Shown: positions 35,510 through 52,395 of the stretch, piece after piece
How positions within the stretch are numbered: the stretch's first letter is position 1
Layout of the letters: each line of letters starts with the position of its first letter
Origin: Basidiobolus meristosporus CBS 931.73
Lineage: Eukaryota > Fungi > Basidiobolomycota
DNA: 64,000 bases
Direction: 5' to 3'
NCBI GenBank assembly: GCA_002104905.1
Contig: MCFE01000147.1
Span: 90,507 to 154,506 of the forward strand
The notes under the pieces: generated by a model
The model's input: only the letters and a program-made list of their open reading frames with translations
What the model was told of the DNA's origin: nothing
The model's database searches: none
Made by a program: the position numbers and the translations under genes

Positions 35510-35699
35510 TCATTTGGTGGTGGTGATGACCTGACAATTCTGAAAAAAACCGTGTTAGCCTACATCATCAGAGCGAAGGGATTTGCGGAAGACCTACCAG
35601 TTCGCAGTGAACAAACTCGCTGCCGATGTCGTGACGAGGTATGACCAGGGCAGAGGCACAGCACAGGTAGGCGACGATCAAGGTGAGGGAGATGGACAT
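35510..35699 (-). CDS. Putative 43-aa secreted micro-peptide precursor; exons 35699-35598 and 35539-35510
   Basis: TATAAA ~45 bp upstream. Product MSISLTLIVAYLCCASA-LVIPR-HDIGSEFVHCEL|NCQVITTTK*. Intron has a GTAGGT donor, GCTAAC branch site and TTTTTTCAG acceptor. Confidence 0.6.
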
Positions 35700-36241
35700 T
35701 GCAAGGAAGTTTAATAATGGTTTCGTTGGAAGAGAGGCGGCTTTATAACCGACCGGTTCCATCATCGCTGCTTCTCGCTTTCCGGTCAGCGTAGCACAAC
35801 CTTCTAAAAACACTCCACAAAGCGCGCCACCAATCCCTTCATATCGAGAAAAGCTAAATTGGATGGATGAATGTCGATTGGCTGCGTTAATAATATAGCC
35901 TACCAAATTGATGTTCATTTTCACCGCCGAAGTGTATTCTGAGGATTGAGTGATTGGGGCCATTAGATCATCGTGTGTCAGTTGCCTATTACTTACCAGG
36001 TCGTCCTGGGTAGGTGAGAAATTTCTTTCATGATGTCATCTGATCCTGCTGTTACCATAACAATGATGGTTTCATGAATGGTGGGTGATTTAGGCGGATT
36101 GGGCGAATTGGGCGGATTAGCCACCCTGCTCACAATCGAAACGAGAACTTCCATTTAAGCGCCATTCAGGCTTTACTTGGGTCAGCATTTGGTAGCATAT
36201 GCGAGCATATGCAGTATTCCCAGCATTTTTATTTCTTAGAT

Positions 36242-39200
36242 TTATGCAGTTCCAGATGTATCCAGAACCTTGGTATCGACCGGCTGATCCATGGGTTGCT
36301 CCAACACCTTGACGGCCTCGTCGATTTTACGGAACTGCCATGACCATTTGGCATTGTAGAGGAATGGACGAAGGTCAAACCGATTGTCGTCCGGGCTGTA
36401 GGACTCAGCATGATACGATGGTGTCAAAGTAGTCAGCTTGTGTCGGTTGATCGAGTAGTAGAAGAAGAACCGCTTGACCTTGGCCGCAATCTATAGGATG
36501 GTCAGTATTGCTCGTCCTTCAAACCCAGACAAGAGGTGAACATACCTCTGATGGCTTCAATTTATCTCCCCATTCGTGAGCCAGGTTCATGAACATAGAG
36601 AACGGACCGCACCTGTGCACTTTACGAAGACGGCCAAATACGGAAAGCTCGTCATAAGTCATGCCCATTTCAACCTAGTAATTGCGCAGGATTAGAAAGG
36701 CTCGTGTAACGCCGGCCTGTTCGTCTATACCTCATCGGACTGAACGTAGGTGTCACTGAAGGGTACGAGCTCTGCAGTAGGAGTTGCATGAAGGAAGCTG
36801 CAAAAAAAGTTGGCTCGGGTCGAAAGCGGAAACCGTGGGTACCAAATAAGGCGTACCTGTCCAGAATGTCCATTTGGAAGTTGTCTCGAGCATAGGCGAT
36901 AAATCCACGAAGATCCTTCTTACTGATCGCTCCGATAGGGTTGATATCGGCGCTTGAGCAATCGTATTTCGTCATATAGCCTCGCAGACTGACATGCTCG
37001 ACGGTGAGCTCGAGTTCCGGTGAAGATGGGTGCTAGAAAGGCTTACCTCTCATCGACATTCGCGCTGCCGAGAACCAGCAATCCACCGCTTCTCCCGCGG
37101 ACCCATAACAGCAACTGGGCAAGCAAGTAGGCCAAAACCATTCGTAGACGAGCCTACAGATGCCGATTAAAATCTGATCTAGCTGAATAAGAAATACAGA
37201 CATCAACTCACTTGAATGTTTTGAAGAGCCAAATTCTCTGTATTGGTGCCACCATGGACGGCATAGCTAGGGGTTTTCCCTGTGATCAGTGCAAACAGGG
37301 CAATCACCGCCTGGACGACCGCATCCATATTAAGGTCGATGTGATAGCTTCACAGTTTAAGCATGAATGATCGTCATCATGTTTGAAGCATGTTCTGAGC
37401 CTTACCTTCCAATTTCGTCGGCCAATGTCTTGGCGCGATATCTCGTTTCTGCGCCAGAGTTTGAGGTTCCCATGTAGCATGTGTGGAAAATTCGTCTGAG
37501 GCGGACATAGGTTAGCATGGCCGGATGGTGCTGGGAATTGATGCCGCTTACCCAGCAAATTCTTTTGGATCGGTAGGTAGATAGTCAGCCTGCTCTGCTC
37601 CGGCGATCCGGCGCGCATCCTCGATCACCTGAGTGTCTACACAAGAACGCTTAAGTATCCTGGATACCGCTAAACATCCATGACTTGCTCTTACTGCCGT
37701 TCTTTGCTGCTTCAGCCACTAGTCTGCACATGGATGACACCAGGGTAGCAGTGGCACAACTATCGATACCACCACTCAATGGCAAAAAGTATCCGCTGGT
37801 CCCAGATCTACGTAAATAATCCCAAAGCCAACAAGCCGGACCCAGACTGGAATCAATCAGGAGATTAGCAAGTCGATCGGTAATCATTTCCCATGGTTAT
37901 ATCGATTTACCTGATCTCTTCCTCTGGTGTATGGTAGCGGACCTCTATGGGGCGGGTTGGCTTGGCTGAAAGTCGGCGCTGTAAATAGGAGGTCGACAAG
38001 GCAAAATCTACCTCGATACGAGGGTATGGCTGCGAGCTAGCAGCTTGAACACCACGGCTGATGTTGGACCCACGGAACGATCGAACCTCCTCTATATCAA
38101 CTGTGGCAGTGACCACTTCCTATCCAATGGCTTAGGCTTTTACACCCTCTGCAAACAAGGCTGCTGTATGAGCTACTTACAATGTCGTTCAGAGAGAATT
38201 GGGTCCCTTGGCTGAGCACTTGCCCATTGACCGCGACCAAGGAGCAGCCGTCGTAGTAAAGTCTATCTCCGTCACACCCTTGTTGATTCGCGTACAAATA
38301 AACACCGCCACTCTGGGCTTCTTTCAGTTGCAAGTTCCTGTATTAGAAGATAGACCCACCAACCTTGAGAGTCGCTTCCTTAATGAGGTCAACTCGACGA
38401 TGAAGCTTGCGAAGTTCATGGTGACTGCCGCTACTGTTGGTGAAAATTTCGATTCCGTCTAAACCCATGGGAATGTGTGGGCTGTGGGTATTAATCAGTA
38501 TCTGGTATGATACAACAGCCGAGGGTACACAATCTTTGACCTGTTGGGAGTAAATAGCTCTTCACACATTTCTACACCAATGCACGTATCAACTGTTGAA
38601 ATCACGGCGTCACCGAAAGGGGGCCGTAGTCTGTGTGGATGGTACCGATTAGTGCACAGAACTTCACGATGCCCTGTAGCAGTTCAGAAATAACCTGTCC
38701 GGTAATTTCCCGGATGATCCTGGGAAGATAAAAACTCTCGGTAGTCCGGGCTTTGGTCCAGGCACTGAACCATCTCATTTCACGATAATTGCCATCGTTG
38801 GCCATGAACATCTTAGGACGAATGAGGAGAATCTTCCCGTTAAGCACCAAGATTCGGCAGTTGTATTTTACTGTTTTGTGAACGACTGGCCTGGAATGGC
38901 ATTTTTGAATAAAGGAGTCCGTTGGCGCAATAGAAGGTTGACTCACTTACATTCCCAAGTCGAGCAAAATGTCGTGAGTATCCTCACAGCTAAGAATTTT
39001 GGAAAGTGCTTCCCAGGAATGGAGAAAGGTATCCCCTGGAGAACAACAAGTTAGAAATGCGCAGGCGGCTTCGGTACCCGAATTATGCTCGCTAACCTTC
39101 TAGAAAGTGATCTTGACAGCCATAACCGCTTCAAGTGAAAATAGAAACCAAGTCAGCGATTGCCCGACACTACGACCTTTGCTACTTCTTACGTTATCTC

Positions 39201-39338
39201 AAGCTCTGGACCAACTCGAAGCGTGGCGCCTTTTTCCTTAGCTATCTTGATACTTTCAAGGATTCTCTTCAGATTTCCATCGAAATCCAAGGCCCACTGG
39301 TTGAGCGAGCAGGTGGCAACAGTGATCAAATGACCCAT
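36242..39338 (-). CDS. QNS1: Glutamine-dependent NAD(+) synthetase (many introns)
   Basis: [122 protein letters not shown]. Confidence 0.98.
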
Positions 39339-39730
39339 AAGCTTAAATCCCTTGGTAAGAAAAGAGGTAGTCGAGAGTTTCGAGAAGTCTTCGAGAACTC
39401 GATTTACAGATGAGATCGGCCATGAATTTTTTGAACATGGTATCGAAAATAAGCAAGTTGGCGAAATCTCGATTTATATTTCGACTACGCTAAGTGGTAT
39501 TAGGCTTAAAGATTAAATAAACAACCATTAGATAAATTATTGCTGATTGGAAGGGACAACTCTATATGAATACTTTTCTAGGATTAATATTGTCTGTAAC
39601 TAGCAGATATTCCGGAATCATTGTCTAACGTTAAAGACAAATGTCTAATTATTAATGAACGAAATGGCGGTGGGATGGGTATATTGAATGCTGTGGGATA
39701 TAGGTCTAACGATGCATCGATCTACGAACG

Positions 39731-42570
<2,840 letters not shown>

Positions 42571-43467
42571 GTTATACGTGTATAAGATATGTTGTAGCTC
42601 AAAAGAAGTGAACAATAGGATTACAGGACAAATAGGTAAATGGTGGTTTAAACTCTAGTCTTATTGCATCTAAGCTATATCCAATCGATTATGGACCAAA
42701 TCTCCAGCCGCTGACTATCAAGCACAATTAAGCCGCTAGGAGGAATAGACCTCTTGCTACGCTATTATGAGTAGTACAAAAAGCGGTTTGGCTTGTTAAT
42801 AAAGGGATAAACAAAAACTTGTACGAGTGGAAGACACAGTGGGTACAGGAAAAGGATACTATTCAGTAAAGAACAGGCTCAACAAAGTAGAGTGGACTTT
42901 TCATATATTGATGGACAAGGACTCGTGGAAACAACAGCAATAAGGTGGCGACGATGTATGCAACAAATGTATGGAATCGACCTATCTTGATTCATCCGAG
43001 CATACAGAATATTGATATCGAAGAAAGTTATTTATTAATGCTTCATGTATGCTTACCTTACACTTCTCAGTCCAATCCCACTTTGCTTATGCCCATTATT
43101 GGATGTAGGTGAGCACATAATTGTATGCATATATTACTTTACTCTTGATCAGTATTCCACCCTGACCCCCCTTCCATGCAATACGAGCCAATAGGTACAT
43201 ATCTCAGAAAATAAATGATCAGAATAGTCCTAGCGTAGTTTAGAGACTAAATCGGAGCTAATACTAAAGAAAGCAGTAATTTCTATCCATCGGAGATTAA
43301 TCTCACGTGGGATCAAAACCCCTTTCCACAATGAACGAGTATTCTCAAGATATATGTCCAGCATCGAGCAACTGATCATCAATGATATCATTCCATAGTT
43401 CGGACTCCCCCGCCACCATGATTGGCTGATTGGAGCAGTTGAGTAACGGATATCCTCAGAAAAACCT

Positions 43468-43475
43468 TGACGTCA
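43468..43475. promoter_or_regulatory. Perfect CRE (TGACGTCA) upstream of HOG1; a second CRE variant TTACGTCA at 44074-44081
   Basis: Motifs read directly. Tandem ATTGG boxes at 43421 and 43429 lie nearby. Confidence 0.4.
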
Positions 43476-44326
43476 GAAAAAAGAAACTAAAGGCTTACAC
43501 ACGAATATTTGGTCCAACCATGATTATCTAGGGAGTATTGCTACGCTACATTCGGCCTGATTTGTTGTGGGAACGGTCTTCTCTTATATTGACTATTCTG
43601 GAGCTATGGCACAACAGTTCTGAAGATCGACCCCTTTGACCACGAATCAACAGGAAGTCCCTCGGCCTGTATGAGGTCATATTTATAGCATCCTATCCAT
43701 TAATAGCAACTAGCACCCTTTGGTTGGCAATGTCACATTGTAGGAAGCGACGCACAGTGTTGCCCAAGATGCATGGTCTTGAGGAGTGATTGGCCTTTAC
43801 ACTCGTCATCGATTAACTTAACAGGATCTTGACAGCTCCTCCCCTGTCTTCCTTCACATGTTACACCATTGTCCACCTAGCCATCTCCAATGCCAGTTAA
43901 TATCCATTTCGAACCTTCATCTACAGCCCAGCAATCCAGCCTCTGATTGGCACAATCTATATACATAAGTAGGGTGTGATTAAATCATCCATGTAACCAT
44001 GGAAGATGAATGCCAACTATGTTCTCTGTGCTATATTGGAGGTAAATAATCGCGATTCTGAGTTCCAAAAAAGTTACGTCATAGAGAAGGGCATCCAATC
44101 ATGAAGGAGTGATTAGGAATTGGCTTCAGGTTCCACCTGATGTTTTAATCGTTGCGACATATATATTGAGGCAGCTTTAACCATTGTAGCTCGCAAATAA
44201 TCGCTTCTTAATTTCGACTTGTATTTAAAATTTGGATTCGTTTTAACCCGGGTTAAAACCAACTTCATTTGCTTCCATACTAAAACTCCTTGTCCATTTC
44301 CTTCCACAACTTGTACTTTCTAAATT

Positions 44327-46068
<1,742 letters not shown>

Positions 46069-46334
46069 GAAATTGATTGCATCCTTTTTAACTTATGCCA
46101 CCCCACCACTAGTTTCATTCGACTTTCCTGTAATCCAATTTCCATCCGAAGTAATCCATGTTTTCTTCATACTACTACCAATGAAGTATCCTTGATTTTC
46201 CTGTATATATATTTATATATTGATGGGCCAAGTTATCCAAATAAATTGTAGTAGATTAGAGGCAATGCAATGCAATGCTAGGCTTGGTGTTTAGTGGAGT
46301 CTAATCTGGATTTTCTAGGAGCGCTGCAGATTGG

Positions 46335-47442
46335 CTAGGCGTTAACAAAATCAACTCCTCTTTTAATGTTAGTTTTAAGCTGAGGGATGGCCTCGTCGAG
46401 TAGCTTCCTCTCGAAGCCTGAGATCTCTCCCACCGGGTTGATCTTCTTCACTCCCTCGACCCCGAACTCGATGTTAGCAGCAAAGAAGTCGCAGTTATCC
46501 GACTCCCCCTTCACAATCTTTCCGCCCTCGGGATCTGCCTCGAGGGAGACAAACGCCGGGGTAACAATTCCACTCTTACCGGTGACCGTGGCATTTAGCA
46601 GATCCAGTGCAAACCGGGCACCAGCATGAGCCATACTCAGGGTAGCAGAACCTGCTCCAGCCTTAGCTTTGACAACCTCATCACCGCCGAATTGGATCCG
46701 ATGGGTAACGGCCTCTACCTCTTCCTGTGTGAGCTTTTGAGAAGTCTTGACTCTAGAGAGGATAGGAATGATTGTGGTACCAGAGTGACCGCCGATCACC
46801 GATATGGGTGTGGAAGGATCGAAGTCCTTCCTAATTTCATAGACGAACCGAGATGCACGCACCACGTCTAGAGTAGAGACGCCGAAGATCTTACGAGGGT
46901 TATAGACGCCAGCTTTCTTGAATACCTCAGAAACGATGGGGACCGTAGAGTTTACGGGATTCGACACCACCAAGATATGGGCATCTGGGCAGTGTTGAGC
47001 AGCTGCTGCAGCCAAATCACGAACTATACTAGCGTTGGTAGTGAATAAATCGTCTCTGGTCATGCCGGGTTTACGGGGAACGCCGGCAGGTATGACGACG
47101 ACGTTAGCATCGGAAAGGGCTTCTTTTAATCCATCATTTTCAGGAACATGGCCGGTGACCTTGCTAGGGGTGTTGATGTGGCTCAAGTCGGCAGCCACAC
47201 CAGGGGTGTTGACAATATCGTACAAGCTGAGATGATCAATCAGGGTTGATTGCTTCAAGATCAGTGAGAGAGGTTGGCCGATACCACCGGCGGCACCAAG
47301 AACTGCAACCTTTGTAGCGTTCTGCAAAACAAACAAGATCAGCAAGTTGGTTTAAATACAGGTGACATACGACCCTTACAGCAGCAATTGATGTCGAGAA
47401 TGCCCGGCGAGGGAGGGAGATGAGTTGACGGGAAGCAAACAT
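46335..47442 (-). CDS. MDH1: Mitochondrial malate dehydrogenase (one intron after the presequence exon)
   Basis: Presequence MFASRQLISLPRRAFSTS; KVAVLGAAGGIGQPLSL, PAGVPRKPGMTRDDLF, SNPVNSTVP, IGGHSG, AGSATLSMA. Confidence 0.98.
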
Positions 47443-48414
47443 GCTTGTACAAATGGATTGAGTGGTGATTACTGCTATTCCGGACTATTTCAATGAATTT
47501 GACCTCAAAGAAACGGTACTATGGTTGGGTAATGAACATGTGAATGATTGTTATTGTTGGTTTCAATTTGACTGTTTCTGGGTTGTAAAATGGGATCCGG
47601 GAGTGGCTTATTCAATCGGAGTCACGTACACTTCATAGTAAAGCTAGTAAGTGCGCCCTTTACCCCACGCTGGTCGATGAGCTATTTGGGGAAGCATTCA
47701 CCCAGATCTGTTTATTTAGCATCCGTGGATTTTCTATATCCATACTCAAACTGGCAATTTCGTCCCCGAGGATTATCCATTCTGGTCTAAGTAGCTGAAA
47801 ATTATTCTACGAGAATGCTGAATCAAAATGATCCCACATGAACAGAATTAGTATTAATTCTCACCGAGCGGTCTCGGATAAAGTATTCGCATTGATCCAT
47901 TCTGCCAAGTCGTCGACCTTCGGGGATGAACGTCTTGTTCTGGTGAGGTCATAGACTGACGGTCTATCTCTGTATTTTGTGTGTTCCGCATTTCATGGAA
48001 TGTACATTTTTGAGGAGACCTACATATTAATCAAATATCGTTGAAACTTGATACCACCATTATATATGTACTTTCAGTTAGAGGTTGGAACGGACAACCA
48101 ATAGCATTGGTCACGGACTCATTTCGTTCGTTTGCCACCCCACTAAAAAATATATCTGATAATATTACTTTTCAATCCGACAAAATATCCACCAAAATTA
48201 CCTCCTGCCATCTCTCCGCCTACAAAAATATCATCCGAGGTTGCTGCATAATGCAACTTGCAGTCCCCTGTGGTTTACCTACAAAATTGAATGCATTGTA
48301 AAGAACACTAAAACCTTTATATTTCAACAATTTATCAACATCATTCGTAAGAAAATCTATTTGAATTCTACTGTTTTTTATTACAAAACTCTATTAAATC
48401 AAAATCCGATATCC

Positions 48415-49068
48415 TTACAAGTTCAAACCCGAGGCAAAGACGGTCAAACCAGCAATGATGAATCCAGGATAGACGTAGGATACACCACTGTGTTCCTTGT
48501 CCTTAGATTCGGTAGAGGTGGGTTTTTCGCTGCCACTGGTAGAGGTGGCCTTGTCATCGCTGGACTCAGTCTTAGATTTGTCGTCGCTAGACTCAGTAGC
48601 TTAGATTTGTCATCGCTGGACTCAGTCTTAGATTTGTCATCGCTAGACTCAGTAGGCTTAGTTTTGTCGTCACTAGACTCAGTAGGCTTAGATTTGTCGT
48701 CGCTGGAATCGGTAGCCTTAGATTTGTCATCATCAGTTTAGCAGCCTTGTCACTAGACTTGTGACTCCTCGGTCTTGGATGCGGTAGTAGAGGAAGAACT
48801 GTCAAAATGCTTGGCTAATTGCACAGTCGCATCCTCCTTGGCCTTGTCAGCCCTTTTTGATATCATCGACTGACGCCGGAACATGCTTGGTAGCAAGTCT
48901 AGCTTGGCTTTTTGAACCGTACATTTGCAAGCTTCATCGTTGTTGCAGTTCTTATCTGCTCCTGCATGCATTTATCGAAATCCTTGCTGGCTAGTACAGC
49001 TAGCGCTTACAATTCCAGAAGCAACTCCAAGAGAAACGAGAGAGACGACGAACAGTAGAGAACTTCAT
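48415..49068 (-). CDS. Secreted Cys-rich protein with TESSDDKSK repeats and GPI-type C-terminal signal; several single-base frameshifts in this sequence
   Basis: MKFST.. signal-like start, Cys-rich segment (DKC..NCNNDEACKC..CYQAC..GCDC), 24/27-bp repeats at ~48550-48740, and hydrophobic end SGVSYVYPGFIIAGLTVFASGLNL*. The frame breaks repeatedly. Confidence 0.65.
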
Positions 49069-49350
49069 TTTTACAACAGTAAGGAATGGTATGTTACGAA
49101 TTACGGAAGCAATTTTTATAGCAAGGTTAGGCATAGGATTTTCCGGCCAGAAAATTCTATTATACCATAATAAGCAGGAGTTCGCCATCATTCGCTTATA
49201 CGAAGCTTTGTAAACAAATCAACGATGTCCGCAAATACATACATAGTCTTATCTTGACAAAGTCGATTAAACATTGCTTGGTTGCTGTTCATCGTAAGGT
49301 AAGGCAATAATTTGAGGCGGCAAAGTAGCAGCAGCGGGCGGGTAGTCTTG

Positions 49351-49499
49351 TGTGAAGATTGCTCGATAATCATAAGCCGCGTTGGATGCTGCGAAGATTA
49401 CTCGATGATCACATGTCGCGTTGGATTCTGCGAAGATTGCTCGATAACCACAAGTCGCGTTGGATTCTGCGAAGACTGCTCGTTAGTCGCAAGTCACAC
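49351..49499. repeat. 39-bp tandem repeat, ~3.8 copies
   Basis: Unit tgcgaagattgctcgataaccacaagtcgcgttggattc at 49351, 49390, 49429 and 49468 (partial). Confidence 0.92.
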
Positions 49500-49917
49500 T
49501 AGGATCTGTTTTAGGGATAAAAGCCACCTGTGTGTTTACCACGTTGTGCCCTATCCCGGTTGCGATCACAATGTTCTTGGAAGAAACATTCACCGCTACA
49601 TCCCTAATTTGGAATATCGTCCTAGCCATTTCGGTTGCCCGACAGGTGTGGCAATCCGACAAGTTAGAATCAGGCATCCTTTCCAGTTTCGGATGAAGAA
49701 TGATACGAAGTATGTAACGTCATTGCCGAATTTTTGCTACTTAGTTAATCCGTTTCATTACTAAGTTCGCTCTGATACATTACGTAGAGATCAGGTTGAT
49801 GAAAATTAAATAAAAAGCGCATATTGGTTTACGATCAGTTAATATTTGAATTATTCAAAACACGATCTCTTCATAGTTATTCATTGATTTGCCAGCTCTT
49901 CATATTTGGATTATTAA

Positions 49918-51621
49918 TTGGTTTACCATCTCTTCATATTTGAATCTTTTATTGGGCACGAAGTTATATTAAAACGTGCACCTGTGTATCTAATCGAGCA
50001 ATTCTTCCCTCTGTCTGATTTCCTTTCAGAAATGTGGATACGTGCGGCTTTAGTTAGTACTAGCATAGGAAGAAAAACCCTCGACGCCTCAAGTTATTTC
50101 ATCCTACAGGCCGTCGATCCGACCAAGAATCACAAGTCGCATCATTTTTATCGCGTCATTACCAAACATTTTCCTCATTACAAAGGTGACTTGAATTAAG
50201 ATCAAGGCTGTAAACAGCAAAAACTAACTTGCTATTTGGTCACAGTCGCCGAAGGGAATGAGTATGACGAGGTTGCCGACAATTTTCGATATCTAAACGA
50301 AGTGATCATTCCCTTGATAAGTGGAAAGAAATCTTCCAAATCTATAGCTAAATGGCTTAAAATCTGGTATGACGATAACTTCTCGGTATGTCGGCTTAGT
50401 TGAACTTTTTGTTTCTGTCACCGCGTGTCATGACCATCCCTTCTCAGTCTTTGAGTTCACAAAAGAACGGCGCTGACGGCGGTAGCATCACCACCGATGA
50501 AGAATCCTCCATTCTGTCTCGACCTTCATTGAGTATGGAGCCCGAGGCCGACGAACAGTCCTACTTGCTACCGGAAGACGACGAATATGTATCACGCAAC
50601 CATATTCCCGCTTCCCATTCGATGCCGAGTATCACAGACGACAAGGCCAGCATTGATACCGATGACGAAACGAAAACCAAGAACCCCACAGCACAGCACG
50701 AAAACCCAGACACAGTTTCCTCGGAGCATTCTACCACTTCCTTAGATGACGTAGACAATCAGGGGGAAAACTGGTGGTCCAGGCAAGGATTGGGTGTTCT
50801 ATCCCATTGGTTTGAATCACCCGTGTCAGATAGCCCAAACAGAAAGCAAAACAGCATTGGATTCTGGGATGTTCCAATTCAGTTCGTCGCTCTACTCACC
50901 TACCCCGAAGTCGATCAAACAACCAAGAAGAAGCTTACATATGCGGGTATGACTTTTTTACTGATTTAGGTGATACAATGCTAACGAATAAGGGGATATT
51001 AGAATTGAAGGAGGTTGGGGCAGTCAAGGGTCGTAGAAAAGTACTGCTATTCTTGACGCTGTACACGCTTGTGGTTCGCTGGTGCTCGTTTGATCTATTC
51101 TTATTGATCTTATTCATGGCCAATTGTGGAGTTCTTTTCCTGATGAAAAATTCCGGAAAGATAAATATGCAGATGGCCAAGAGGTATGCAAAATCTCTAG
51201 TGAAGCAGGAATGTATCTAATCTCATCTTATCGCAACAGAACTGTGCGACAACGTGCGAACTATATGAAGCAATGGGCTGGTGGCCTTTTCAAAAAGAAT
51301 AGTCATGGTCACGCTGCCAACACAGCACCGTCACTTCACCGCTCCGCCTCACCCTTAACATGCAAAGGGATACCTAGAGCCTCAACGGACTCCGTGCTGG
51401 ATCATCCGAAACACAAGATGTTCTTTAACAAAAAGAACCACTCCCAGCTGGACCCTCATCAATTCGAGGAGACCAAGCACAGAAAGAAGCTGTTCGGCAA
51501 ATCGTCCTCCAAAGCGTCCGTTGCAAGTGTGCCCACATACATACCCAATAATTCCGAGCCTGAGCTAAACAAAGTCGATGGCCATGCACACTTGATGTCA
51601 ATTGACAACTCTTCCTTTTAG
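49918..51621 (+). CDS. Hypothetical multi-exon protein with a two-helix membrane segment; true start unresolved
   Basis: Phase-consistent GT-AG splicing joins ..EMWIRAAL|AVDP..HYK|VAEG..WYDDNFS|SLSSQK..KLTYA|ELKEVG..VLLFLTLYTLVVRWCSFDLFLLILFMANCGVLFLMKNSGKINMQMAKR|TVRQRANYMKQWAGGLFKK. Confidence 0.65.
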
Positions 51622-52395
51622 CCATGCACACTCGACGACAACCCACCCTTCTGGCCATACACACGTCAATTGACGCCTTTTCCTTGCACACTTTCACAGT
51701 GGTGAATGTATTATTTCCTGTAAATTCATGTTACGTAAAGGCACAAATCGCTATATATAAATGCCACCTTCGTTACACCGCGGACAATCAGTGACATCGT
51801 TGCTAGCAAGTGAATTTGGGCAGTCTCGAACGTGGTGAAGTTTCGATTTCCTGGATTACCAAAGATAAGAACGTCGCGCACCAGGATGAAGACTTATCTT
51901 CACCCAGCGGCATAAATGATTGGTGGGGCCCAAGAAAAATATTGATAACTAACCCCAAAGCCAGGACTGTAGTTGTATCAGGATAGTGCCTGATTTAGCG
52001 CATACGGATTATGTACAACAATTAGCCAATAATGGCGGTGGAAATTAGCAGATGGGACCATACTGGGAAATCGTGTACTTCTATTTTGGAATAAGCTTTC
52101 TATGAAACGAAGTCATGACTTGGATTTGTGCTGATTTCTAATCCGTTTGCGCAGCAGGCATCGAATCATTTTGGCGTATCAGCGCATCTTTGCCGTCCAT
52201 TGGCCAGGTTTTTTTTTTATTTGTACTAAGATTTGAGCCAAGATACAAAGAAAAAAAACGTGCAGATTAGATAGCACGGTTGGCCAAAACATATAAAGCC
52301 TGCCACGTTGCTCAGTGTTAAGGCATCTCTCTTTCGTTAGAATCCGAGGGCAACGCTTTTCCTATCACCAACACTGTGAGTCGTCATAACACACA

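Noticed and set aside
49351-49499. CRISPR-like appearance of the 39-bp repeats
   Set aside because: Units are contiguous with no unique spacers, there are no cas genes, and the context is eukaryotic.
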